Source: Eledone cirrhosa (Eukaryota). Taken from it: a stretch of 64,000 nt of DNA. Position numbers and translations under genes: made by a program. Position 1 is the first letter of the stretch. Each line of letters starts with the position of its first letter. The notes below the pieces were generated by a model that was not told the DNA's origin, did no database searches, and saw only the letters and a list, made by a program, of their open reading frames with translations. Shown piece after piece: positions 53,787 to 64,000 of this stretch. The DNA lies in contig OZ024742.1 of NCBI GenBank assembly GCA_964016885.1, positions 287,556,001 through 287,620,000 of the forward strand. The letters are read 5' to 3'.

Positions 53787-54885
53787 GTTTGGGGATCTAA
53801 CCGGATTAGTTGGAGACGGTTGCTTCTGACAGGACCCGCTGGAAGGGGTTTGGGGATCTAACCGGATTAGTTGGAGACGGTTGCTTCTGACAGGACCCGC
53901 TGGAAGGGGTTTGGGGATCTAACCGGATTAGTTGGAGACGGTTGCTTCTGATAGGACCCGCTGGAAGGGGTTTGGGGATCTAACCGGATTAGTTGGAGAC
54001 GGTTGCTTCTGATAGGACCCCCTGGAAGGGGTTTGGGGATCTAACCGGATTAGTTGGAGAGTGTTGCTTCTGACAGGACCCGCTGGAAAGGGTTTGGGGA
54101 TCTAACCGGATTAGTTGGAGACGGTTGCTTCTGACAGGACCCCCTGGAAGGGGTTTGGGGATCTAACCGGATTAGTTGGAGACGGTTGCTTCTGACAGGA
54201 CCCGCTGGAAGGGGTTTGGGGATCTAACCGGATTAGTTGGAGACGGTTGCTTCTGACAGGACCCGCTGGAAGGGGTTTGGGGATCTAACCGGATTAGTTG
54301 GAGACGGTTGCTTCTGACAGGACCCGCTGGAAGGGGTTTGGGGATCTAACCGGATTAGTTGGAGACGGTTGCTTCTGACAGGACCCGCTGGAAGGGGTTT
54401 GGGGATCTAACCGGATTAGTTGGAGACGGTTGCTTCTGACAGGACCCGCTGGAAGGGGTTTGGGGATCTAACCGGATTAGTTGGAGACGGTTGCTTCTGA
54501 CAGGACCCGCTGGAAGGGGTTTGGGGATCTAACCGGATTAGTTGGAGACGGTTGCTTCTGACAGGACCCGCTGGAAGGGGTTTGGGGATCTAACCGGATT
54601 AGTTGGAGACGGTTGCTTCTGACAGGACCCGCTGGAAGGGGTTTGGGGATCTAACCGGATTAGTTGGAGACGGTTGCTTCTGACAGGACCCGCTGGAAGG
54701 GGTTTGGGGATCTAACCGGATTAGTTGGAGACGGTTGCTTCTGACAGGACCCGCTGGAAGGGGTTTGGGGATCTAACCGGATTAGTTGGAGACGGTTGCT
54801 TCTGACAGGACCCGCTGGAAGGGGTTTGGGGATCTAACCGGATTAGTTGGAGACGGTTGCTTCTGACAGGACCCGCTGGAAGGGG
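53787..54885 (+). repeat. 61-bp minisatellite x18 derived from an RTE 3' end
   Basis: Unit gtttggggatctaaccggattagttggagacggttgcttctgacaggacccgctggaaggg encodes ..LETVASDRTRWK; the array is followed by the RTE terminus and (AAT)n. Confidence 0.95.
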
Positions 54886-54980
54886 AGTTTGGGGACTCTT
54901 TTTCCCCGCGACCTTCTCAGGAATAACTTGATGAATAATAATAATAATAATAATATACACATATATATATATATATATAC

Positions 54981-55068
<88 letters not shown>

Positions 55069-55614
55069 CAGTGTCAGTGGTTCAACAAAAAAGGAAATTG
55101 ATAAAATAAGAACCAGAACTTGAAAAAAATACTGGAATTAATATGATTGACTAAATCACGGCGCTGGCGCAGTCTATTGACAGAAGAAGAAGAAGAAGTC
55201 CATCGGATAGACTGTACCAGCAATTCAAAGGTTCAGCTTTGTTACATATTGTGACATGCTGAATTGGCTTATAAATAACTTTAAGTGTTCACCTCTCTAG
55301 TAAACGTTAACTCGAGAGTTAGATGTTCAGTTGATGGCACACGTGAATGTTCATCGCCGAAACCGACGGAGGATCAATCATTACAAAGGTATCAATAGTG
55401 GCTGTGAAAACAAAGGGTTTACAACTGAGAACTAACACCAATTTGAAGAGAACATCTTCTGAAAGTTCCACAACAATTTATCGACAATAAAAACATTGGT
55501 GAGAATCATTAGACTGCGGCCATGCTGTGACATAGCCTTAAATGGATTTCTGTCAATCATATCGATTCCAGTACTCATTTTTTCAAGTCTGGTACTTATT
55601 TTATCGATCTCTTT

Positions 55615-55850
55615 TTGTACTTCGGGTCGAGGAAGGTAAACTCTCCAAATATCGGTCGCTCTCCGACAGGTCGAGCCCGTAGCAATGGAAACTTCCGGTG
55701 TCCTTGACCCTAGGACCACCTCCCTACTCAGCACCATTGCCACAGAGTTGGCTTCCCGCAGGTGTAAGCCTTGCGAGCTGGAATGGCTCTTCAAACGCGT
55801 TTCCCTCACCATCCTCCGAGAAAACGCTTTCTCTATTCTGTCCGCATAGG
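55615..55850 (+). pseudogene. CRE-clade LINE 3' endonuclease remnant
   Basis: Homologous to 40460-40690 (..PVAMETSGVL..ELEWLFKRVSLTILRENAFSIL). Confidence 0.7.
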
Positions 55851-56199
55851 CACCCGTTTTGCTTATAATAGTGAGAGCGACGGAGGCAGTGAATGAAAGA
55901 GAGAGAACATTAACGCACACATGCACTTGATAAGACAACGATAGATGTTATTTTTTCCCAACTTGAGTCTTCCCTGAGTAGTTAGGGTGTAACGTGAGAG
56001 ATATTTGGCTGCTATCTGTAGAATGTTGTGCGACCGCAGAGAAACCTTTCTGATGTTTATTGATACGGTATACTGTGGTTGTGATGTGACAGTGGACGAT
56101 GCTTGCAGCGTTACATTGGTTGGAGAAAGAGAGGTGGGGGTGGGGGGTGGAAGAGGGGGAGGAGAAAAGATAGAGAGGAGGGAGTATTTTTATGCGTGT

Positions 56200-56227
56200 G
56201 TGTGAAAGTGGAGAAGGGAGAATAATG

Positions 56228-56258
<31 letters not shown>

Positions 56259-56436
56259 GGACAGAAACAGAGAGAGGGGAGTGTTTGTGTATCTGTGCAA
56301 AAGAGGATGAGAGAGAAATGGAAAGAGAGAGAGGGAGGGGTGGCTCTATATGTGTGAAAGAAGGGGATAGAGAGAAATGGAAAAAGCGAGAGGATGTTAT
56401 GTGTTTGTGAATGAAGAGAGGAGGTTGTGTGTTCGT

Positions 56437-56513
<77 letters not shown>

Positions 56514-56550
56514 CAGAGAAAAACAGTGAAAGAGAGAGAGAGATAGATAG

Positions 56551-56583
<33 letters not shown>

Positions 56584-56885
56584 ATGTGCGTGTGGGAGTA
56601 AGAGAAAGAAAGAGAGAGAGTGAGAGAGAGATTGTGTGTGTGTTTGGTAGTAAGAGAAAGAAGGAGGGGGGGGGGGCGAGAGAAAGAAAGAGAAGGTGAG
56701 AGAGAGAAAGATTGTGTGTGTGTGGAAGTAAGAGAAAGAAAGAGATTGGGGGGGTGAGAGAGAGAGAAAGGAAGAGAGAGGGTAGGAGAGAGAGAGATTC
56801 TGTGTGTGTGTGGAAGTAAGAGAAAGAACGAGTTAGGAGGCGAGAGAGAGAGAGAGAGAGAGAAAGGAAGAGAGAGCGTGAGAGA
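56200..56885. repeat. (GA)n-rich low-complexity region
   Basis: Direct reading of the sequence. Confidence 0.85.
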
Positions 56886-57249
56886 GTTGTAGAGTAGAAA
56901 TGTATATCAACAAGCTATTGTATTTCCAGGACAAAGCTTTATTTCAACTTTTGGTAGTCAAAATACAGTATTGAACATAGAGAAAACAGAATACAATGAG
57001 GAAGGCGTAACAATCTACACTTCTCTTATCTCTCTTAACTCTACTCAACGATACACCGCCCACTACATCCTCACATGTCCAAAACAGCGTTTTTATTTCC
57101 CCCTCTCCCCACCCCCTCTCTATCTCTCTTGTTTATTTATTTCAATACTTCGTCATTGTGTTTGTGCATGTTAGTATTTATATATTTGTATCTTCTTTAA
57201 CTTGTCAAATTTATTATCTTCTCAATTTTCTCATATATATATATATATA

Positions 57250-57285
<36 letters not shown>

Positions 57286-57395
57286 ATTGTATATGTGTGA
57301 TGTGCATGTATATGTTTGTATTAAGTGCACACACACACACATACCCGCACACACACATACACACACATATATATACTTATATATATATATATATA

Positions 57396-57604
57396 TGAAG
57401 GCGCGTGACTAAGTGGTTAGGGAATTGGATTCACACTCGCGAGGTTGAGAGTTCGATCTCTGGACCGAGCGATGCGTTATGTCCTTGAGCAAGACACTTT
57501 CTTTCACGTTGCTCCTTCTACCTGGAGTTCAGTCCGATAGATAATATTAGCCAACGGAAACAGTGTTTCCTCGGTCCGATTTAACGAAAGTTGATCGACT
57601 GTCG
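57396..57604 (+). mobile_element. SINE A head with (TA)n-associated tail
   Basis: Same composite as 9080-9315; TA tracts on both sides. Confidence 0.75.
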
Positions 57605-57617
57605 ATATATATATATA

Positions 57618-57727
57618 TAACAAAGAGGGTGTGGTGGACCAGAACGCACCAGAGTACTCAATACTTAGGGTAGTAGAGTGGGTAATATGAAAAGATTCAG
57701 GACCCTGACGGCCGGAGCTCTTTTCAT
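57618..57727. mobile_element. Mini-element family P1 (tail + arm, very short inverted end)
   Basis: cgcaccagagtactcaatacttagggtagtagagtgggtaat is the reverse complement of the P1 tail. Confidence 0.65.
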
Positions 57728-57744
57728 ATATATATATATATATA

Positions 57745-57970
57745 AAGTCTTTCTCAAGATAGGAGGCTCGTCAGGCCGGTACTTATCCCGGTTTCGTGGA
57801 GTAAAACAGGACGCTAGTCCATCGCAGGGTTAAATCCCCCAACTCTTGCTGGTACTCATTTTCAGCTGAGTTTCCTGGAGCAATGTGAAATGAAGTGTTT
57901 TGCTCAAGAACACAACACACAGCTCATCCCAGGAAACAAACGCACCTTTACCACTAGGCAACGCGCCTCC
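57745..57970 (-). mobile_element. SINE family A
   Basis: ggagcaatgtgaaatgaagtgttttgctcaagaacac...ccactaggcaacgcgcctcc. Confidence 0.7.
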
Positions 57971-58044
57971 AGTATATGTACCAATATATGTACACAACAC
58001 ACACACACACATATATATATGTATATACATATATATATATATAA

Positions 58045-58094
<50 letters not shown>

Positions 58095-58139
58095 GAGAGG
58101 TATAGAGATTGTTTTAGCAAGAAGCTAATAGTATTCTAT

Positions 58140-58179
<40 letters not shown>

Positions 58180-58483
58180 GTTGTGTACGTATATATATGT
58201 GTGTGTGTTGTGTACATATAAGTAGTGTACATATATATACGTATATATATAAGTATATATATATGTACACAAGATTTATATATATATATATACACAGAGA
58301 GATATATGTGTGTGTATGTGTGCGTTTTGTGTGTGATTAGATAGGTTGATTGAGGTTAAGTTACTCCGTTGACCCACGATATCTTCGGGTGCATATCTAA
58401 TAAATGTATAGAGATTGGATTAATATGGATTTTCATATGCTGGTGTGCACGCTGTTCTCTCTCTCTCTCTCTCTCGCCCTTCT

Positions 58484-58671
58484 CTTAAGCCAGAAGGCTC
58501 ATTTTGGGCGGTGCTTATCCCGGTTTCATGGCGTGAAACGACTGAGAGTACAAGACTCCCCCCTGGACAGGACACCAGTCCATCGCAGGGTTAAACCTCC
58601 AGCTATTGCTGGTACTCATTTTCAGCTGAATAAACTGGAGCAACGTGAAATAAAGTGTCTTGCTCAAGGAA

Positions 58672-58672
<1 letters not shown>
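58484..58672 (-). mobile_element. Headless SINE A body, near-identical inverted copy of 58787-58975
   Basis: About 188 bp of reverse complement with ~2 mismatches by eye. Confidence 0.8.
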
Positions 58673-58701
<29 letters not shown>

Positions 58702-58704
<3 letters not shown>

Positions 58705-59109
58705 AAGGCGCGTGGCTTAGTCATTAGAGCAGTAGGCTTGCAATCGAAAGGTTGTGAGTTCAATTCTCGGACCGGGTGATGTGTTGTTTCCTTGAGCAAG
58801 ACACTTTATTTCACGTTGCTCCAGTTTATTCAGCTGAAAATGAGTACCAGCAATAGCTGGAGGTTTAACCCTGCGATGGACTGGTGTCCTGTCCAGGGAG
58901 GAGTCTTGTACTCTCAGTCGTTTCACGCCATGAAACCGGAATAAGCACCGCCCAAAATGAGCCTTCTGGCTTAAGACAGACTTTAGACTTACGGCCTGCC
59001 CGCCCAGCCAGTGGGATGGCGTCATCGTATGGCTAAAACAGCACGTGCTGTGACCAGCGGCACCGAATGGCGCCCGACAGACCCTGTCGGTCAAGGTGAT
59101 CAAGGTGAT
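58702..59109 (+). mobile_element. SINE family A, full length, plus further tail
   Basis: gtgaaggcgcgtggcttagt head, gagttcaattc B-box, ccttgagcaagacactttatttcacgttgctccag body. Confidence 0.8.
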
Positions 59110-59333
59110 ATATAAATACATATATACATACATATATGTATACAGTAGTATGTATATGTATATACATACATGCACACATATATACGTGTACATACTTATA
59201 TTTAAGTAACAGCCGTACTAAGAGTGGGAAATGAAATTTCGTGTACATATATGTATGTACGTGTACATACTTATATATATATTTGTATATATATATATAA
59301 GTATGTACACGTACACATATATTTGTATATATA

Positions 59334-59372
<39 letters not shown>

Positions 59373-59618
59373 GGAAATCAGTAAAATCGAATCTCTGGCG
59401 GTTTGCAAGTAAATTCGGCCTACTTATATGAAATGATGAGTTAGCAAAGTACTCGATAAGATAGGACCTTAGAGTAATAACATACGTTTAAATAGCTTGA
59501 CAAATCGAACATTGTGGTAGGCGAAACTAACACACAATATATACCAAAGTAACGATAGAACTAATCAGGTTGAGAAAAGTACAACTGGACAAATCAAACG
59601 AACAATGGTTTAAAGTGT

Positions 59619-59649
<31 letters not shown>

Positions 59650-59840
59650 GGAAAAAGTATGACCCCGACAGCAGAGCTCAAGCCGTTTTGACGGCTATTT
59701 CTGTCCAGAAATAGCCGTCGAAACGGCTTGAGCTCTACCGTCGGGGTCATACTTTTTCCTATTTCCCACTCTACTACCCTAAGTATTGAGTACTCTGGTG
59801 CGTTATGGTCCATCTGGTTCCTTACCACAATTCCTTTGTT
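59650..59840. mobile_element. Fold-back mini-element, family P1
   Basis: Arms 59650-59703 and 59706-59760, ~80-bp tail, (TA)n on both sides. Confidence 0.75.
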
Positions 59841-59857
59841 ATATATATATATATATA

Positions 59858-60162
59858 GCCGAGTCGTGGACGCTTCGGAGGAGGGTCACGGAGCGGCGGT
59901 GCCGCCTGGCTGGCCATATTCTGCGCCTGTCCAACGAACGACACTCGAAAAATTTGATGAACTTGGACTCCACCTGGCGGCAAACGGAGGCGAGTTTACC
60001 CCAGCATCACCTGGCGACGAACGTTCCGAAAAGACCTGATGGCAGCCAACATCACTTGTCATGGACGCGAAAAAGCCGCTGCTGATCGTGATCGTTGGCG
60101 ACTATTTATTGCTCGATGCACCGAACGGCGCGGAATAACCTAAGAGTAAGACTAAGACTAAG
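59858..60162 (+). mobile_element. RTE-type LINE 3' remnant (second family)
   Basis: RRVTERRCRLAGHILRLSNER...TWRRT..; ends in (taagac)n-like tail. Confidence 0.65.
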
Positions 60163-60177
60163 AACCAATTAATTAGT

Positions 60178-60546
60178 TACTCTCGGGACCCAAATTATCG
60201 GTAATTTTTCTAGTTTGTCTGTGTTGATTTTGATAAAAACCAGAATTAGTCGTTTAGTTAACATATTGAGACCCCAACCCATCCTATTTATTTGTATAAC
60301 ATATGGGATTTCTGGTAATGTACTTTTTTTGTCATGTACGAGATAATGTTTTTTATTGTCTAAAGAAAATTAATTCTCGCAGGGATGCTAGCACATAAAA
60401 TAAAATTTCACACTGGAGATTGATTAGAAAAATGTAATAAGCGAGAATGGGGGTGGAATAAGAGCGCGGGGGGGGGGGGGGGGGGGGGGGGCGTAATCTT
60501 AAAAATTAAAGGCGGGGTGGGGACGATTATTCGCGACCACAGAGTA
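60178..60546. mobile_element. Possible old Tc1/mariner-type MITE
   Basis: Imperfect TIRs tactctcgggacccaaattatcg / cgattattcgcgaccacagagta (about 17/23) with TA at both ends. Confidence 0.4.
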
Positions 60547-60574
60547 AATAATCAATTATTTAACATGGGTCCTG

Positions 60575-60895
60575 TAATTCCTAGGGGAGTCGTAGGGGCG
60601 CCGTATTGACATACGGCGTTTCTTCGGCATTTTAAGCCTGGCAGAGTCCATCCCTCTCCAGGCCTGAGTACAGCAGATTTCTTCCAGAGAAAGATAGAAA
60701 GTGAGAGAGAGGAAATGAGAAAGAGATATAGAGGAAGAATCGACCCCAGTACTAGACTGGTACTTTATTTATCAACCTCGAGATGATGAAAGGCAAAGTT
60801 GACCTCGGCAGGATTTAAACTCAGCGAGCAGAGTGCCGGAACGAATACCATAAAGCATATCCGACGTTGTAACGACTCTGTCAATTCACCGCCTT
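60575..60895 (-). mobile_element. SINE family B, long-tail variant
   Basis: Homologous to 35860-36122. Confidence 0.7.
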
Positions 60896-61329
60896 CAACA
60901 TGGGTTTAAGGTTAGCTATATAGCTAACCTTACTCCAAAGAACCTTCGAAGGAAAATCATGTTGTTAAAATAATTATAGAACTGAATACTTCGCAATTAT
61001 AGTTAAAATGAACATTTAACAAAGTGTTCGATAAAAAAATATAATCAAGCAGCTGTAAATGGAGTCAGTCACACATACACAAACGCCCCCCCCCCCCCTC
61101 ATATATATATATGTATATATATATATAAAATTTAGTACAGCATCAATGAACCTACGGTTGCAGCTCAGCTAACGAATGCAGTTTCGGTGTGCAGCTAAAC
61201 ACTCAATAGGGTATATAACCCTAGAGTTATAACATTACGTTTAGACAGCTTTGCAAATTGAAGACAGCGACCGATAAAAGGGCCGCAGTGACCATAACGA
61301 CGAAAAAGACTGAACTCAGGAAAAAATGT

Positions 61330-61380
<51 letters not shown>

Positions 61381-61418
61381 TACACGCACACATACACACA
61401 CACACATATATATATATA

Positions 61419-61736
61419 GTAAAGTCCCCCTTCTGTCACGAATGACCTTGATATTTGCACCTAGAAAGTTCTCTTCGGAGGCATAAGTCCGGGCAAGGTT
61501 GTTTGTGGAAGACCAACAGTCGTCCATGCATACCGAATTCCCCTTTCGCCATCGATGTTGTCCAAGGGAAAGGATATGACCGATACAGTTTGGCACCAGT
61601 GACGTCGCAACTCATTTCTACGGCTGACTGAATTGGAGCAATGTGAAATAAAGTGTCTTACTCAAAAACACAAAATCCAATCCGGGAATAGTATTTACAA
61701 CCTCAAGATTGTAAGCTCAACTCTAAGCCATGCGCC
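61419..61736 (-). mobile_element. SINE family A subfamily with a different (RTE-like) tail
   Basis: ggagcaatgtgaaataaagtgtctt.ctcaa body and taagccatgcgcc head on the minus strand. Confidence 0.6.
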
Positions 61737-61768
61737 TGATTTATAATATATATATATATATATATATA

Positions 61769-61926
61769 AAAGGAACGATCCACTTTCGTCAAATCGGGCT
61801 GAGGAAACAATGTTTCCAATTGCTAATGCTATCTATCGGGCGTAGAAGGATTAAGCAACGTGAAATAAAGTATCTTGCTCAAGGACATAACGCATCGTCA
61901 GGTCCGGGAATCGAACTCACACGCCT
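61769..61926 (-). mobile_element. SINE A head with (TA)n-associated tail (third copy)
   Basis: cgatccactttcgtcaaatcgg.c.gaggaaacaatgtttcc...gcaacgtgaaataaagt.tcttgctcaagga; TA on both sides. Confidence 0.7.
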
Positions 61927-62282
61927 TATATATATATGGAATATATATCGAAGCCTCAAGCCTTATATATATATGGTTTATTTATTTTGGTCGTTTTGGA
62001 AGCCTCAACAATGCAGACGGGTAAATCTCCGGGTAACAGAATCCGGTGGTGAAGAGAGAGATGTAATGGAATGTAGAATGAGATGTATAGTGTGTAGGAA
62101 AGAACGTAAAAATAAAAATAATAACACGAGATAGAGTTACCTTGGGAGAGATTTAATTGTCCCTATATTTCGGATTCGCATCCATCAACTAGGGGGTTTT
62201 CCGGGGGGGGGGGATTTGTCGGAGAGGAACGGTACGTGCCCTCTGCTGTCCGCGACTATATATATATATATATGACCTCATC

Positions 62283-63452
62283 ATGTACTCTCGTTATGTA
62301 GACGATATCAATATAGTTATAAGAACACCCCCACTAGAGAGCACTAACAAGTTTGATTTAGAACGTAGCACGATGGAAAGCATCCAGCAGATAGCTAATT
62401 CCATACACCAGAGTATAACTGTAACTATAGACTTCCCTTCCAAACACCCTAACAATAGACTACCTGTATTAGACACAGAACTCTGGATTAACACTATAGA
62501 CGAGAGAGCCCAAATTCTCCACTCACACTATGCTAAACCCATGGCCTCCAAATACCTGATACTCAAAAACTCAGCAATGTCCAGTAGTGCTAAGTTTAAT
62601 ATTCTGATCGCAGATTTGGTACGAGTGATGAAGAATGTGTCCAGCATGTGCGACCCAACAGAAATGGAAGGACACATCCAACACTTCATCAACCGCATGC
62701 AGTTCTCTGGCTACAACCAAAGAGACAGAGTCAGAGTATACGAAGGAGCCATGGAAAAGTATAAGACCCTCATAGAACTGGACATGAAAGGAATTTGCCC
62801 ACTATACAGGAGCAAATCATGGAATAGCTTAGATAGGGCTAGACATAAGATAGGGAAGGCCACATCATGGTACGACAACCAGAGATATCAGAGTGTCATG
62901 TTTGTGGACGCCACCCCTGGAGGGAAATTAGCTAACCAGTGTAGAAAGGCCCTGAGAAAGACCCACTTAAAAATAAAGGTGGTAGAAAAGCCAGGAACCA
63001 CCATAAAATCCCTGATCAGCAAAACCTACCCTTTTAAGAAAACCCACTGTACCAATAGGAAATGTATCATTTGTAAGGTGAACCCCCGGATAAACTGTAA
63101 AACTAGAAACGTAGTCTATAGCATAAGATGTACAGAAGGTACTTGCAGAAATATGACAACAACATACATAGGTGAGACAGCTCGTAGCATAGGTGAAAGG
63201 ATAGACCAACACTGGGGGGAACTAAAAGGACGAAAAAACGGGTCAGTACTATACGAACATGCTAGACAACAACATGACGGTAACATAGACAACATAGAAA
63301 TTAGAATAATATCTAAACATAGGAATGACCCAGCAGATAGGCAAATCAGAGAGGCCAGTGAAATAGAAATTAGAAGACCAAAGCTAAACAGAAAGAATGA
63401 GTGGAACAACAACAACACCCAAACAAACAACACTGACCTAAGAGAAGTATAA
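62283..63452 (+). CDS. Penelope-like RT C-terminal part + GIY-YIG endonuclease (5'-truncated, uninterrupted)
   Basis: SRYVDD, LPVLD, HYAKP, CxxxxCxxC linker, NVVYSIRC...YIGETARS..ERI.QH, HxxxxH, R.IREA..I...PKLNRKNEW. Confidence 0.9.
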   Translation: MYSRYVDDINIVIRTPPLESTNKFDLERSTMESIQQIANSIHQSITVTIDFPSKHPNNRLPVLDTELWINTIDERAQILHSHYAKPMASKYLILKNSAMSSSAKFNILIADLVRVMKNVSSMCDPTEMEGHIQHFINRMQFSGYNQRDRVRVYEGAMEKYKTLIELDMKGICPLYRSKSWNSLDRARHKIGKATSWYDNQRYQSVMFVDATPGGKLANQCRKALRKTHLKIKVVEKPGTTIKSLISKTYPFKKTHCTNRKCIICKVNPRINCKTRNVVYSIRCTEGTCRNMTTTYIGETARSIGERIDQHWGELKGRKNGSVLYEHARQQHDGNIDNIEIRIISKHRNDPADRQIREASEIEIRRPKLNRKNEWNNNNTQTNNTDLREV

Positions 63453-63717
63453 ATAAGTAAATAAAATTAAATAAAATAAGATAAATAAATACATACACAA
63501 GCACATAAACACACACTAGTCACCCAGCAGACACAACACTATACACACTAGTCACACATCACACATAACACTATACACACACGCAAACGCATGCGCAAAG
63601 AAGACAAAATAAAATAAGATAAACAAACAAGCAAATAAATAAATAAATATATAGACAGACTGAACAAAAAAAAAAATGGCGTAGACATACAACACAACAG
63701 GAGGAACAATGAATATA

Positions 63718-63760
63718 ACACCACTGACGATGTTGCAGATGTGCAACGAAAGATTTATGT
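63718..63760 (+). ncRNA. Hammerhead-like motif in the PLE 3' UTR
   Basis: CTGACGA-T-gttgca-gatg-tgcaac-GAAA-gattta; stems I and III are weak or degenerate. Confidence 0.5.
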
Positions 63761-64000
63761 AAATTATGTAAACTATATATATGTGTTTGTGTCTATATTG
63801 TATCTGTATTATTTTTGACCGCCGGTCAGTCAATGGCAACATTGAGGACCGAGTAAGTTAGATCGCAGATATATATATATAAAAGACAGCGAGAAGCGAA
63901 AACCAACCAAACAGTGAGTGTGTTCTGTTATTAATTCTGGCAATATTACGCAAATATGACCCTCCCCAAATATAACAATATATATATATATATATATATA

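Larger units (their letters stand above)
62274..63977 (+). mobile_element. 5'-truncated Penelope-like element between (TA)n tracts
   Basis: Begins right after the (TA)n at 62257-62273; ORF, then 3' UTR with a hammerhead-like motif; ends at (TA)n (63869 or 63978). Confidence 0.85.

Noticed and set aside
53787-54885. CRISPR-like appearance of the regular repeats
   Set aside because: Units are contiguous with no unique spacers, there are no cas genes, and the sequence is RTE-derived and eukaryotic.

Overview
AT-rich, microsatellite-saturated animal genomic DNA with no recognisable host exon, so probably intergenic or intronic. The SINE families and microsatellite density suggest an octopod cephalopod; this is inference only. 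Almost all short ORFs in the track are simple-repeat artefacts. Real coding content is transposon-derived: an intact DD34D mariner transposase (20243-21280), an uninterrupted 5'-truncated Penelope-like RT-thumb + GIY-YIG ORF (62283-63452), a second degenerate GIY-YIG remnant, four CRE-clade endonuclease remnants, RTE 3' ends and a hAT remnant. Non-coding content includes three head-to-tail Helitron-like elements, many tRNA-derived SINEs, a 6.2-kb satellite of 21-bp units with higher-order structure, and two minisatellites born inside retroelements. The most striking pattern is a set of about ten 100-470 bp inserts at or inside (TA)n tracts. They share a 'short inverted arm + long arm + tail' architecture, and several carry type I hammerhead ribozyme cores with palindromic stem III. 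I read this as a multi-family, (TA)n-targeted Penelope-like/ribozyme mini-element system, possibly with a hitch-hiking SINE.
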